Part shown: positions 27,283-40,639 of the stretch, one piece after another
How the letters are laid out: each line of letters opens with the position of its first letter
Numbering within the stretch: the first letter of the stretch is position 1
NCBI GenBank assembly: GCA_964016885.1
Contig: OZ024744.1
Span: 115,196,001-115,260,000, forward strand
From: Eledone cirrhosa
Taxonomy: Eukaryota
Reading direction: 5' to 3'
Length of the DNA: 64,000 nt
Made by a program: the position numbers and the translations under genes
Notes under the pieces: generated by a model
The model's database searches: none
What the model saw: the letters and a program-made list of their open reading frames with translations, nothing else
Told to the model about the DNA's origin: nothing

Positions 27283-29483
27283 CAGGGCTTCCCAACGGGG
27301 TCCAGGTGGACCCCCAGGGCTCCATGGCATGATTACAGGGGGTCCACAGAAAAATGCTGAATTAAATGTACATAATGGAATGTACACAATTAAATGTATA
27401 ATAAATGAGTTGATTTAGTAAAGGTTATTGCACTTTTCTTAATATTTTCAATTATTTTCTTTCCTGTTCAATTAAATTGTTTTAAGTACGGTACATACGT
27501 TTTCAAGCATCAAGAAGAAACGTCTTCATTTCTGGAATTTGAATTGTAAATTGTAAATTTTAAAAAGCTTCTTAATTGCATTTTTCTATTCTAGGTTTCT
27601 TCCCATAACAATTAAATATGAGCAAAAGCAAGAAGAAATGTAGGCAGTATGATCCCTCTTATATTCAATATGGATTTATTAGCAGCAAGAACAATCCATT
27701 ACTACCACAGTGTCTTATTTGTTTGACACAACAGATGAATACTTCAATGAAACCCGCCAAACTTTCTTTACACCTCAACAAGTGTCATCCCTCATTGGTC
27801 AACAAACCTAAAGAATACTTCGTAGCGCTCAGTGACAGTGCTCGTTCTTCGTCATCAAAATTGAAAGGATTCCTCATCAAGAGCAATAGTGCTTCTGGAC
27901 TCTCCGCGTCGGACAATATTGCACTTTTGATTGCCAAACAAGGTCGACCGCATACAATTGCTGAGGACCTCATCAAACCTGCAATCATGGAAGCATATAA
28001 AGTGGCTAATATTTCTAATCCAGAGTCTGTTCTCAACAGCATACCTTTATCCAACAATACCATTTCATTGCGAATAACTGATTTAGCAGATGATGTCAAG
28101 TCCATCCTTATTCAAGACCTGCGACACACCAAATTTTCATTAACTGTTGATGAAAATACCTTTGCAAATCAGTCTGTGCTCCTTGCTTTTGTCCACTACA
28201 TCAAAGATTCCGGAATATGTGAGGAGATGCTCTTTATGAAAACTCTCCTCAACACTACAGGAGAACAAGTGTGCAACGTTGTCACCGGCTTTTTAAAGAC
28301 AAATGATATTAGCATGGATAACATGATCTCCATTTGCACAGGTGGTGCGCCGTCAATGATCGGCAAAAGAAAAGGATTTGTGTGCAGATTAATTGAAGAT
28401 AGAAGCGTGTTTACTATTCATTGTGTTTTACATCGTGAAAATTTGGTTGCAAAAAATATTGGTAACTGTGATCTTATGGCCATTCTTCAAATGGTTGTTT
28501 CATCCATCAACAAAATAAGGGCTTTTCCAGGATGCTTGTCATGACGAAAATTTTCATCGGCTGGTTTATTCCACAGACATACGTTGACTTTCAATGGGTA
28601 ACTGTCTCACGAGATTTGTCGTACTGTTTGACAGAGTTTTGGAATTTTTGCAGAACAGAGACACTGTTCTGAAGAATTCACTTATTGATAACAAGATTGT
28701 TATATTGTACTTGGAAGAGATATTTTGGAAACTCAATGAACTGAATTTATCCATGCAAAACCAGGATATGAACATCGTACGTGCTAAACAAATGATTTGG
28801 TGATTTGGAAAATGAAAGCCATGATGCATGACTTCTGTCATTTTTCTAGTTTGGATGGCAAGGAAATTGATTGTGAGTTACAAACAATTGTTGTGGATCA
28901 TTTGTCTTTCTTGCATGATAACTTTCAAACTCGTTTTGAGGATCTTCTACAGTTGAGCATACCACCTTTTGTCGATTTACTTCATACCATGACAATGGAG
29001 GATGTCATGAATCAACCTGAATGCGTCCAGATTGAGCTGTGCGAGGACATTGCTGACGAGCGCTTGATTCAGGCCTCTGAGAAAAATTGGGTCAAAGCGT
29101 GGCTGCAAAGCTCCATTAAATATCAAACCTTGTATGAAAAGGTGGAACCATTTATAATTAATCTACCAATGTCCAATTTGGTGGAGAAGGGCTTTTCGCT
29201 TTTACTTCATTCATTCACAAAGCAACGAAGGAGCTTGCACTTGAATGATAATTCAGAAATGAGGCTCCGTCTGAGTGACCTACAACCACGGATTTCTGCT
29301 CTCGTGAGTAATAAACAGCCACAAGGCTTTCACTAAAAACATGTGCCCGTAGGACTCTTTGATCATTACGAATAAATTTTGTTTGTTGAATTAATGTCCT
29401 AAGTTTTGAATGCTCTTGGGGAGTCCATAGCAAAAAAGGATTCTGCTTGATGGTCCATAGTGAAAAAAGGTTGGGAAGCCCTG
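27283..29483 (+). mobile_element. hAT (Buster/Charlie-type) DNA transposon, complete ends
   Basis: Perfect 14-bp TIRs cagggcttcccaac / gttgggaagccctg; 8-bp TSD cccttgat / tcctagat (nnnTAnnn type). Confidence 0.95.
27618..29336 (+). pseudogene. Disrupted Buster-type hAT transposase (ZBED8/SCAND3-like family)
   Basis: RQYDPSYIQYGF, BED-like CLIC..H..H, PHTIAEDLIKP, IPLSNNTI, LTVDENT, CTGGAPSM (catalytic D replaced by G), HCVLHRENL, VEKGFS; split over three ORFs. Confidence 0.92.
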
Positions 29484-31039
29484 TCCTAGATAGAGGAAAT
29501 TATAGGGGCATTAAGTTAGTTGACCAGGTCATGAAAGTCACAGAAAGAGTTATTACTCAACTGATTAGAGACCGAATTGATCTAGATGAAATGCAGTTTA
29601 GGTTTGCATCAGGTAAAAGTACCACAGATGGTCTCTTCCTTGTACGGCAACTACAGAAGTACCTAGTTAACAGTAAACCCCTCTACTTAGCTTTTGTTGA
29701 CTTGGAGAAAGCGTTTGGCAGAGTCCCCCGCCTCATTATCTGGTGAGCTCTTAGAAAACTAAGTGTTGAAGAATGGCTTGTGAGAGCTATACAAGCCATG
29801 TATAAAGAAACAGTCAGCAAGGTTAGAATTAACAATGAATTTAGCCCCTCCTGTTTATTATATTGTCCTACAGGCTATAACAGAGGAGTTTAAGACTGGT
29901 TGCCCATGGGAACTTCTATACACAAATGATCTAACTCTCATAGCTGAATCTATGGCTGAACTAGAGAAGAAGTCCCAAACTTGGAGGCATGGCCTAGAAC
30001 CAAAAGGCCTTAGAGTCAACTTGTCTAAAACGAAGGTTCTAGTATGTAGAAAGGAAAATAGGGTACAGATTCCCTCTGGGAAATGGCCATGCTCAGTGTG
30101 TAAGAAGGGAGTAGGTAGAAATTCTATTCTATGTCCTAAATGCAAACTATGGGTACATAAAAGATGTAGTGGGATCACAGGTAAGCTATCTAAGAATGTA
30201 GATTTTATATGTGACCGATGCTCAGGTGCAATAAGTAGCAAGGACCCACTGGATGCTATCTCCATCAACTGCCCAGATGGTTCTATAGAAATAGTAGACA
30301 CTTTCCGTTACCCGAGTGACAAAATCAGCAGTGGTGGAGGGTGCTCTGAAAGTACAGTAGCCAGAGTTAGAACGGGATGGAAAAAGTTCAGAGAACTAAT
30401 ACTGCTGTTGGCCGCAAGGGGTTTTTCTCTAAAAATGATAGGCAGATTGTATGATGCTTGTATACGAACAGCGATATTACATGGTAGTGAGACTTGGGCA
30501 TTGTCTGCAGTTTTACAGAAGACCCGACTGCCATTGCATACAAACCTACAGTCAGAAGACACCGCTTAACTCAATGTACATCCCACCGCCACACTCTATG
30601 CCATTCTCCCTCTCCCGTTCCGTCCACTGTGTCGATAACACAACAGTCGACACTGTAAGGTGGTCATGTAGTCCACACTGTAAATGTGGTTGGTGTTAGG
30701 AGGGGCATCCAGCTGTAAAAAAACCTGCCAGAGACACTTCCGTAAAGTGAGACATGGTCTCCCGACCATTCCCACATCAAATGGAACAAAACCGTCTAAC
30801 CCATGCTAGCGTGGAAGATGGACGTTAAATGATGATGATCATCATCATATATATATATATATATACACACACACACGTATATATATATATATATATATAT
30901 ATATAATGTAGAAAAGTAACACACGAGTTGATATATATAAAAACAAATAGTAGAAAGGAAAAAAATTTTTTCAGTAGAAAATGTTGAAGAGATTTTTTCA
31001 GTATAATATCAAAACATTTATTTATTTACGAAGTGGATA

Positions 31040-31090
31040 TTTCCGTATTTAATACACCGGTTTCAGCATTATATGCATTGTCAATTGTGG
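31040..31090 (-). ncRNA. Variant hammerhead-like motif (U3-A8 core)
   Basis: Minus strand: cacaa-TTGACAA-tgcat(ata)atgct-GAAA-CCGG-T...; palindromic ACCGGT; the 3' helix I strand is damaged; AATAAA lies downstream. Confidence 0.4.
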
Positions 31091-31126
31091 ATATGCATAA
31101 TATTGACAAGTTGCATATTTATACAA

Positions 31127-31310
31127 ATAATAACAATAATAAAAAGAGGAAGAAAATATTAAATTTCACATACATATTCAGAGGGGAGAATTCATTACTC
31201 TATTGTATCTCAGAGAAAGAAGGACAGACACGATAGAGAAATGAATTCTCCCCGCTGAATATGTATGTGAAAATTAATTTTTTCTTCTACTTTTTATTAT
31301 TATTACTTGT
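31127..31310. repeat. Inverted repeat, ~75-bp arms
   Basis: tttcacatacatattcag.ggggagaattcatt mirrors aatgaattctcccc.ctgaatatgtatgtgaaa. Confidence 0.88.
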
Positions 31311-31312
31311 TT

Positions 31313-31505
31313 AGGCGGTGGATTGGCAGTATCGGTAGAGAGTCGGACGCCATGCTTTCCAGCATAGTTATGTCCCTTTACGGTCTGAGTTCAAATCCCG
31401 TCGAGGTTAACTTTGCCTTTCATCCTTACGAGGTCGATAAAATAAAGTACCAGTAATGCACTGGGTAATTGCTGGCCTTGTGCCAAGTGTAGAAACAATT
31501 ATTAT
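31313..31505 (+). mobile_element. SINE family B copy
   Basis: ggcggtggattggcagtatcggtagag...gagttcaaatcc...ctttgcctttcatcc...aagtaccagt...ccttgtgcc. Confidence 0.9.
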
Positions 31506-32125
31506 TTGTATAAATATGCAACTTAACTCAGCACCTATGGTGGCGAGTAGGGAAGTAGCCCTAGGGCCGAGGACACGAGAAGTCTCCACTGCCAAGGGTA
31601 CGACCGCAAACCTGTCGGGGAGCGATGTACAGCAAAACCTCGGTTAGTCGCACACTGCACCAGGTTGCGGCTGGAAAAAGTGTCGGTGCAAGTGGCATCC
31701 CAGATGAGGGGTTTGCCACTACGGAGCGGGAAGATGGTCATACTGTCTGGCCTTTTGCTGTCCCCTCAGTCTAGCCCCACCGGCCTCAGTTGGGAAAGGA
31801 AGCCTGCAGCGTCGAAGCCATGCTTTATGACCTCATTGAGGGCAGCATGGCATGGAAGGCGGTCGGCACTGTGGCGACAGGAAAGCGGGTGAAGTCCGAA
31901 AGAGTTCACGGTGGACCCACAGCTACATTGGTGTGGCTGGCAGATCCGGAGGCCAAGGCTCAAGGAAACGATGTGCAGGCTATTGTTATCCAGCTGCGTG
32001 CCAGTGGAGAAGGAGGGCAAGGCAAGGGCCAGGCACCACTGTGGGGTTTGGAGGCCGCACGAAAACAAGAAAGGCGGTGCTGGTTGAGCTGGCGCGTGAG
32101 CCTGTCTGAGGCTGTTAGCTGACGT
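31506..32125 (-). mobile_element. 3' fragment of a CRE-clade (RLE endonuclease) non-LTR retrotransposon
   Basis: PHSGAW, CSCG...GLHPLSC...HAALNEVI zinc-binding region, RPD(S)MTIFP..GKPLIWDATCTDTF PD-(D/E)xK motif, AVETS.VLGP; frameshifted. Confidence 0.85.
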
Positions 32126-32984
32126 CTGATTTTATCACCCACCCAGCCTATTCCATATCCAAATATTCATATAAATTTACAAAGATTAATCATTTCAAGA
32201 CTAAGCTGTCCGAAACCACACATCTGCTACTGTCATAAAACTGTCTATTTATATCTAGATTAATACTTTCCACCAGAATGATACTTAAGAACCTTTTTAT
32301 TTAGCTCTTAAAATCCTTCCCATCATCATTTAATGTCCATATTACGATGCTAGCAAGGGTTGGACAGGTTGTTACAAACCAAGTCAGTAGTTAATCGGAG
32401 CTACTGACTGACATGCCACATTCCAAGTGTAATTCATTGTAACAGCAATACTAGGAAGGTTGTCAAGTCATCCCAACACTTTGTTTCAGAATTTCTACAG
32501 CTGGATGCACTCCTTATTATCAGCCACTTTACAGTGTACTGGGTTTTTTCAGTTTTTGTGACACCGACTTAATAAAAAAGTTATTTTACCAACATTGTCC
32601 TAATTTTTCATTATTTTCAAAATTAACTTTAATACATTCAATGTATTCCATGAGAAATATTGACATGGAATGGCCAACATAATTCATTTTGGTAAATTAA
32701 AGAGAAAACAAGATATTAACAATAACTTAGCAATCAATATACATTTAACAACAATTGCTGATAACGAGATACTGTTCAATAAAATTACTTAAGTAAATTT
32801 TGATCTATATATTAGTTTACATAAATATTGCTTCAATTAAGTTTATGATTAAGTTAAGAATTTATATTTTTTTTAAATAATTTTGTTTAATTAACAATTA
32901 TCTATCATTAATTTTTATCTTATCAATAATATCAACAATTATCTAATAACAATAACAGAAAAAATAAAGATTCATAGATAAATA

Positions 32985-33432
32985 ATGACAGATCATAATA
33001 TACATGGATCATATGACATAGATTATATGATATACATATATATCATATGACATACATAGATCATATGACAGACTATATGATATACATATATTATATGACA
33101 GACTATATGATATACATAGATGATATGACATAAATTACATTATATACATAGGTCATATACAAAGCTGATATGACATATAGATTATATGATATACATATAT
33201 CATATGACATATCTAATATACATATGACATTCACAGATCATAAGACAAACATATCATATGACATACATATATCATAAAATAAACATATATCATAAAATAA
33301 ACATATATCATATGACATACATATGACATTCACAGATCATAAGACAAACATATATCATATGACATACATATATCATATGACATACATATATCATAAAATA
33401 AACATATATCATATGACATACATAGATCATAA
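32985..33432. repeat. Degenerate AT-rich minisatellite (catatgacatacatatat-like)
   Basis: Repeated atcatatgacatac motifs. Confidence 0.85.
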
Positions 33433-34211
33433 GTGCAATGGAAAATTTACAATGACAGAAAAATATAGAAAATGTTAAGAAAAAGTTAAATCTTACAGCC
33501 AGCCACCCCAACCCCCACAAAAATGTAAAATTGATACAAAATGCAACAGGAAATATCCCAGATGTCAAAGCGCAGTTCCCTATGGTTTAATTTACATATG
33601 AAAGAATGGAGAGGAAGAAAGATTTGTTAGGAAGTGTCTCCCTCTAAAGCAAGATATTAACTAGAGTATTCGCAATACTTTCTTAATAACTGCAAAATGT
33701 GTGTTTTATTGAAGAGAAGCAACAAAGAACAAATCCTATATTAATGACTAACTCGTCTAAATATTGGTTTCTCAATCTGACAAAGAATTGAATATTTAGT
33801 TTCAAACAGATCCCAACAGATTTACTGGGGTAAAATCACGAGCCCCTCACCCTAAAAAAAATAAGTGGGCTGATTTTAATGTCTAAAATTCTACAGTTGG
33901 TGAACATTCAAGTTTACACAACAAAATATGTTTTACTGTTGCAATTATAGAGAAATAAAAACATGAAAGGATATTATGATGTGGGGTTGATGGGGTGGTG
34001 GGGCTGGTGGCAGGAATAATGGGGTGTTTGTGGTAAAGGAGATACTAAACACATCAACTACGTCCAACATATTTTGTATAAAGAACATTTTTTAAATCTT
34101 AATAAAACAGATGAAAAATATTTTCATTAACCAAACATTAAACAGGTCTCGAATTAATTAGATTAATAAACATGGAATAGAAAAATGGATTAGAACCAAG
34201 TAAAGGGATAC

Positions 34212-37200
34212 ATGTTTAGTAATCTAGTGGTGATATAGTGTTTAGTTATCTAGTGATGACAGTGTTTAGTTATCTATGGATGACAGTGTTTAGTTATCTA
34301 GTGATGACAGTGTTTAGTTATCTAGTGATGACAGTGTTTAGTTATATAGTGATGACAGTGTTTAGTTATCTAGTGATGACAGTGTTTAGTTATCTAGTGA
34401 TGACAGTGTTTAGTTATATAGTGATGACAGTGTTTAGTTATCTAGGGATGACAGTGTTTAGTTATCTAGTGATGACAGTGTTTAGTTATCTAGTGATGAC
34501 AGTGTTTAGTTATATAGTGATGACAGTGTTTAGTTATCTAGTGATGACAGTGTTTAGTTATCTAGGGATGGCAGTGTTTAGTTATCTAGTGATGACAGTG
34601 TTTAGTTATATAGTGATGACAGTGTTTAGTTATATAGTGATGACAGTGTTTAGTTATCTAGGGATGACAGTGTTTAGTTATATAGTGATGACAGTGTTTA
34701 GTTATCTAGTGATGACAGTGTTTAGTTATATAGTGATGACAGTGTTTAGTTATCTAGTGATGACAGTGTTTAGTTATCTAGGGATGACAGTGTTTAGTTA
34801 TCTAGGGATGACAGTGTTTAGTTATCTAGTGATGACAGTGTTTAGTTATCTATTAGTGATGACAGTGTTTAGTTATCTAGTGATGACAGTGTTTAGTTAT
34901 ATAGTGATGACAGTGTTTAGTTATCTAGTGATGACAGTGTTTAGTTATCTAGGGATGACAGTGTTTAGTTATCTAGTGATGACAGTGTTTAGTTATCTAG
35001 TGATGACAGTGTTTACTTATATAGTGATGACAGTGTTTAGTTATCTAGTGATGACAGTGTTTAGTTATCTAGTGGTGATATAGTGTTTAGTTATCTAGGG
35101 ATGACAGTGTTTAGTTATCTAGTGATGACAGTGTTTAGTTATCTAATGATGACAGTGTTTAGTTATCTAGTGGTGACAGTGTTTAGTTATCTAGTGATGA
35201 CAGTGTTTAGTTATCTAGGGATGACAGTGTTTAGTTATCTAGTGGTGACAGTGTTTAGTTATCTAGGGATGACAGTGTTTAGTTATCTAGTGACGACAGT
35301 GTTTAGTTATCTAGTGATGACAGTGTTTAGTTATCTAGTGATGACAGTGTTTAGTTATCTAGTAGTGATGACAGTGTTTAGTTATCTAGGGATGACAGTG
35401 TTTAGTTATCTAGTGATGACAGTGTTTAGTTATCTAGTGATGACAGTGTTTAGTTATCTAGGGATGACAGTGTTTAGTAATCTAGTGATGACAGTGTTTA
35501 GTTATCTAGTGATGACAGTGTTTAGTTATCTAGTGGTGATATAGTGTTTAGTTATCTAGTGACGACAGTGTTTAGTTATCTAGTGATGACAGTGTTTAGT
35601 TATCTAGTAGTGATGACAGTGTTTAGTTATCTAGTGACGACAGTGTTTAGTTATCTAGTGATGACAGTGTTTAGTTATCTAGTGATGACAGTGTTTAGTT
35701 ATCTATTAGTGATGACAGTGTTTAGTTATCTAGGGATGACAGTGTTTAGTTATCTAGTGATGACAGTGTTCAGTTATCTAGTGATGACAGTGTTTAGTTA
35801 TCTAGGGATGACAGTGTTTAGTAATCTAGTGATGACAGTGTTTAGTTATCTAGTGGTGATATAGTGTTTAGTTATCTAGTGACGACAGTGTTTAGTTATC
35901 TAGTGATGACAGTGTTTAGTTATCTAGTAGTGATGACAGTGTTTAGTTATCTAGTGATGACAGTGTTTAGTTATCTAGGGATGACAGTGTTTAGTTATCT
36001 AGTAGTGATGACAGTGTTTAGTTATCTAGGGATGACGGTATTTAGTTATCTAGTGATGACAGTGTTTAGTTATCTAGGGATGACAGTGTTTAGTTATATA
36101 GTGATGACAGTGTTTAGTTATCTAGTAGTGATGACAGTGTTTAGTTATCTAGGGATGACAGTGTTTAGTAATCTAGTGATGACAGTGTTTAGTTATCTAG
36201 TGATGACAGTGTTTAGTTATCTAGTAGTGATGACAGTGTTTAGTTATCTAGGGATGACGGTATTTAGTTATCTAGTGATGACAGTGTTTAGTTATCTAGT
36301 AGTGATGAAAGTGTTTAGTTATCTAGGGATGACAGTGTTTAGTAATCTAGTGATGACAGTGTTTAGTTATCTAGTGATGACAGTGTTTAGTTATCTAGTA
36401 GTGATGACAGTGTTTAGTTATCTAATAGTGATGACAGTGTTTAGTTATCTAGTAGTGATGACAGTGTTTAGTTATCTAGTGATGACAGTGTTTAGTAATC
36501 TAGTGATGGCAGTGTTTAGTTATCTAGTGATGACAGTGTTTAGTTATCTACTAGTGATGACAGTGTTTAGTTATCTAGGGATGACGGTATTTAGTTATCT
36601 AGTGATGACAGTGTTTAGTTATCTAGTAGTGATGACAGTGTTTAGTTATCTAGGGATGACAGTGTTTAGTTATCTAGTGATGACAGTGTTTAGTTATCTA
36701 GTAGTGATGACAGTGTTTAGTTATCTAGGGATGGCAGTTTTTAGTTATCTAGTGATGACAGTGTTTAGTTATCTAGTAGTGATGAAAGTGTTTAGTTATC
36801 TAGGGATGACAGTGTTTAGTTATCTAGTAGTGATGACAGTGTTTAGTTATCTAGTAGTGATGACAGTGTTTAGTTATCTAGGGATGACAGTGTTTAGTTA
36901 TCTAGGCATGACAGCGTTTAGTTATCTAGGGATGACGGTATTTAGTTATCTAGTGATGACAGTGTTTAGTTATCTTGTGCTGACAGTGTTTAGTTATCTA
37001 GTGATGACAGTGTTTAGTTATCTAGTGATGACAGTGTTTAGTTATCTAGTGATGACAGTGTTTAGTTATCTAGTGATGACAGTGTTTAGTTATCTAGTGA
37101 TGACAGTGTTTAGTTATCTAGTGATGACAGTGTTTAGTTATCTAGTGGTGACAGTGTTTAGTTATCTAGTGATGACAGTGTTTAGTTATCTATTAGTGAT

Positions 37201-40175
37201 GACAGTGTTTATTTATCTAGGGATGACAGTGTTTAGTAATCTAGTGATGACAGTGTTTAGTTATCTAGTGATGACAGTGTTTAGTTATCTATTAGTGATG
37301 ACAGTGTTTAGTTATCTAGTGATGACAGTGTTTAGTTATCTAGTGACGACAGTGTTTAGTTATCTAGTGATGACAGTGTTTAGTTATCTAGTAGTGATGA
37401 CAGTGTTTAGTTATCTAGGGATGACGGTATTTAGTTATCTAGGAATGACAGTGTTTAGTTATCTAGGGATGATGGTATTTAGTTATCTAGGGATGCCGGT
37501 GTTTAGTTATCTAGGGATGACGGTATTTAGTTATCTAGTAGTGATGACAGTGTTTAGTTATCTAGGGATGACGGTATTTAGTAATCTAGTAGTGATGACA
37601 GTGTTTAGTTATCTAGGGATGACAGTGTTTAGTTATCTAGGGATGACGGTATTTAGTTATCTAGTGATGACAGTGTTTAGTTATCTAGGGATGACGGTAT
37701 TTAGTTATCTAGTAGTGATGACAGTGTTTAGTTATCTAGGGATGACGGTATTTAGTTATCTAGGGATGACAGTGTTTAGTTATCTAGGGATGACAGTATT
37801 TAGTTATCTAGTAGTGATGACAGTGTTTAGTTATCTAGGGATGACGGTATTTAGTTATCTAGTGATGACAGTGTTTAGTTATCTAGTGATGACAGTGTTT
37901 AGTTATCTAGTGATGACAGTGTTTAGTTATCTAGGGATGACGGTATTTAGTTATCTAGGGATGACGGTATTTAGTTATCTAGTAGTGACAGTGTTTAGTT
38001 ATCTAGGGATGACGGTATTTAGTTATCTAGTAGTGATGACAGTGTTTAGTTATCTAGGGATGACAGTGTTTAGTTATCTAGGGATGTTGGTATTTAGTTA
38101 TCTAGTGATGACAGTATTTAGTTATCTAGTAGTGATGACAGTGTTTAGTTATCTAGTGGTGACAGTATTTAGTTATCTAGTAGTGATGACAGTGTTTAGT
38201 TATCTAGGGATGACGGTATTTAGTTATCTAGGGATGACAGTGTTTAGTTATCTAGGGATGACGGTATTTAGTTATCTAGTAGTGATGACAGTGTTTAGTT
38301 ATCTAGTAGTGATGACAGTGTTTAGTTATCTAGTAGTGATGACAGTGTTTAGTTATCTAGGGATGATGGTATTTAGTTATCTAGTGGTGACAGTATTTAG
38401 TTATCTAGTAGTGATGACAGTGTTTAGTTATCTAGGGATGACAGTGTTTAGTTATCTAGGGATGTTGGTATTTAGTTATCTAGTGATGACAGTATTTAGT
38501 TATCTAGTAGTGATGACAGTGTTTAGTTATCTAGGGATGACGGCATTTAGTTATCTAGTAGTGATGACAGTGTTTAGTTATCTAGGGATGATGGTATTTA
38601 GTTATCTAGTGATGACAGTATTTAGTTATCTAGTAGTGATGACAGTGTTTAGTTATCTAGGGATGACGGCATTTAGTTATCTAGTAGTGATGACAGTGTT
38701 TAGTTATCTAGGGATGACGGTATTTAGTTATCTAGTGATGACAGTATTTAGTTATCTAGTAGTGATGACAGTGTTTAGTTATCTAGGGATGACGGTATTT
38801 AGTTATCTAGTAGTGATGACAGTGTTTAGTTATCTAGGGATGACGGCATTTAGTTATCTAGTAGTGATGACAGTGTTTAGTTATCTAGGGATGACGGTAT
38901 TTAGTTATCTAGTAGTGATGACAGTGTTTAGTTATCTAGGGATGACGGTATTTAGTTATCTAGTAGTGATGACAGTGTTTAGTTATCTAGGGATGACGGT
39001 ATTTAGTTATCTAGTAGTGATGACAGTGTTTAGTTATCTAGTGGTGACAGTATTTAGTTATCTAGTAGTGATGACAGTGTTTAGTTATCTAGGGATGACG
39101 GCATTTAGTTATCTAGTAGTGATGACAGTGTTTAGTTATCTAGGGATGACGGTATTTAGTTATCTAGTAGTGATGACAGTGTTTAGTTATCTAGGGATGA
39201 CGGCATTTAGTTATCTAGTAGTGATGACAGTGTTTAGTTATCTAGGGATGACGGTATTTAGTTATCTAGTAGGGATGACAGTGTTTAGTTATCTAGGGAT
39301 GACAGTGTTTAGTTATCTAGTGATGACGGCATTTAGTTATCTAGTGGTGATGACAGTGTTTAGTTATCTAGGGATGACGGTATTTAGTTATCTAGTAGTG
39401 ATGACAGTGTTTAGTTATCTAGGGATGACGGTATTTAGTTATCTAGTAGTGATGACAGTGTTTAGTTATCTAGGGATGACGGTATTTAGTTATCTAGGGA
39501 TGACAGTGTTTAGTTATCTAGTAGTGATGACAGTGTTTAGTTATCTAGGGATGATGGTATTTAGTTATCTAGTAGTGATGACAGTGTTTAGTTATCTAGG
39601 GATGACGGTATTTAGTTATCTAGTGATGACAGTGTTTAGTTATCTAGGGATGACGGTATTTAGTTATCTAGTGATGACAGTGTTTAGTTATCTAGGGATG
39701 ACGGTATTTAGTTATCTAGTAGTGATGACAGTGTTTAGTTATCTAGGGATGACGGTATTTAGTTATCTAGTAGTGATGACAGTGTTTAGTTATCTAGGGA
39801 TGACGGTATTTAGTTATCTAGTAGTGATGACAGTGTTTAGTTATCTAGGGATGACGGTATTTAGTTATCTAGGGAAGACAGTGTTTAGTTATCTAGTAGT
39901 GATGACAGTGTTTAGTTATCTAGGGATGACAGTGTTTAGTTATCTAGGGATGACGGTATTTAGTTATCTAGTAGTGATGACAGTGTTTAGTTATCTAGGG
40001 ATGACGGTATTTAGTTATCTAGGGATGACGGTGTTTAGTTATCTAGGGATGACGGTATTTAGTTATCTAGTAGTGATGACAGTGTTTAGTTATCTAGGGA
40101 TGACGGTATTTAGTTATCTAGTAGTGATGACAGTGTTTAGTTATCTAGTGATGACAGTGTTTAGTTATCTAGTGT
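34212..40175. repeat. ~6-kb minisatellite, 24-bp unit AGTGTTTAGTTATCTAGTGATGAC with a 27-bp variant
   Basis: Direct tandem repetition. Confidence 0.98.
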
Positions 40176-40218
40176 AGTGATGATATAAAGTAATACAATA
40201 GTCATCTATTATTAGTTA

Positions 40219-40256
<38 letters not shown>

Positions 40257-40339
40257 GAGGTTATATTTAATTTGTTTGGATTCAACAAGCTTAAACATTT
40301 TTATAACTGATATAAAGCACTCAACAGATAGTGGAGTAA

Positions 40340-40527
40340 AGGCGGCGGATTGGCAGTATCGGTAGAGGGTCGGACGCCATGCTTTCCAGCATAATTACGT
40401 CCCTTTATAATCTGAGTTCAAATCCCACCGAGGTTAACTTTGCCTTTCATCCTTACGGGGTCGATAAAATAAAGTACCAGTAATGCACTGGGATAATTGC
40501 TGGCCTTGTGCCTAAAGTAGAAACAAA
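40340..40527 (+). mobile_element. SINE family B copy
   Basis: Same consensus as the 31313 copy. Confidence 0.9.
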
Positions 40528-40573
40528 TATACAATATATTAATAAATGGAAACTATATTTATAAAACCATAAT

Positions 40574-40639
40574 TATTTTATTATATATATTTCAAGGGCA
40601 ACAAAGGTAAATTATGGTGCGCTTTCATCAGATAAAATA
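40574..40639 (-). ncRNA. Mirror copy of the hammerhead in the left arm
   Basis: Reverse complement of 41117-41182 with one substitution in the helix II region. Confidence 0.75.

Larger units (their letters stand above)
26310..30848 (+). mobile_element. RTE family A LINE interrupted by a hAT transposon, with three internal deletions
   Basis: APE (CCVQETRW, SAYAPQ) fused to the RT linker; KAKGD(T)LD resumes as LDRGNYRGIKL after 29484; PHD-like insert at 30084-30221; 3' tail. Confidence 0.93.

Noticed and set aside
27618-28544. Domesticated ZBED/SCAND3-like host gene
   Set aside because: Bounded by TIRs and a TSD inside a LINE, and disrupted; it is a dead transposon.
33497-33579. Possible minus-strand 83-nt exon (ccatag| ... 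|gtaaga)
   Set aside because: Splice-like ends, but the translation shows no similarity to synergin gamma or any recognisable protein; cannot be supported without RNA data.
34238-40177. 1437-aa (VFSYLVMT)n membrane-like protein, or a CRISPR-like array
   Set aside because: Pure tandem repeat without unique spacers or cas genes; no non-repetitive coding flanks.
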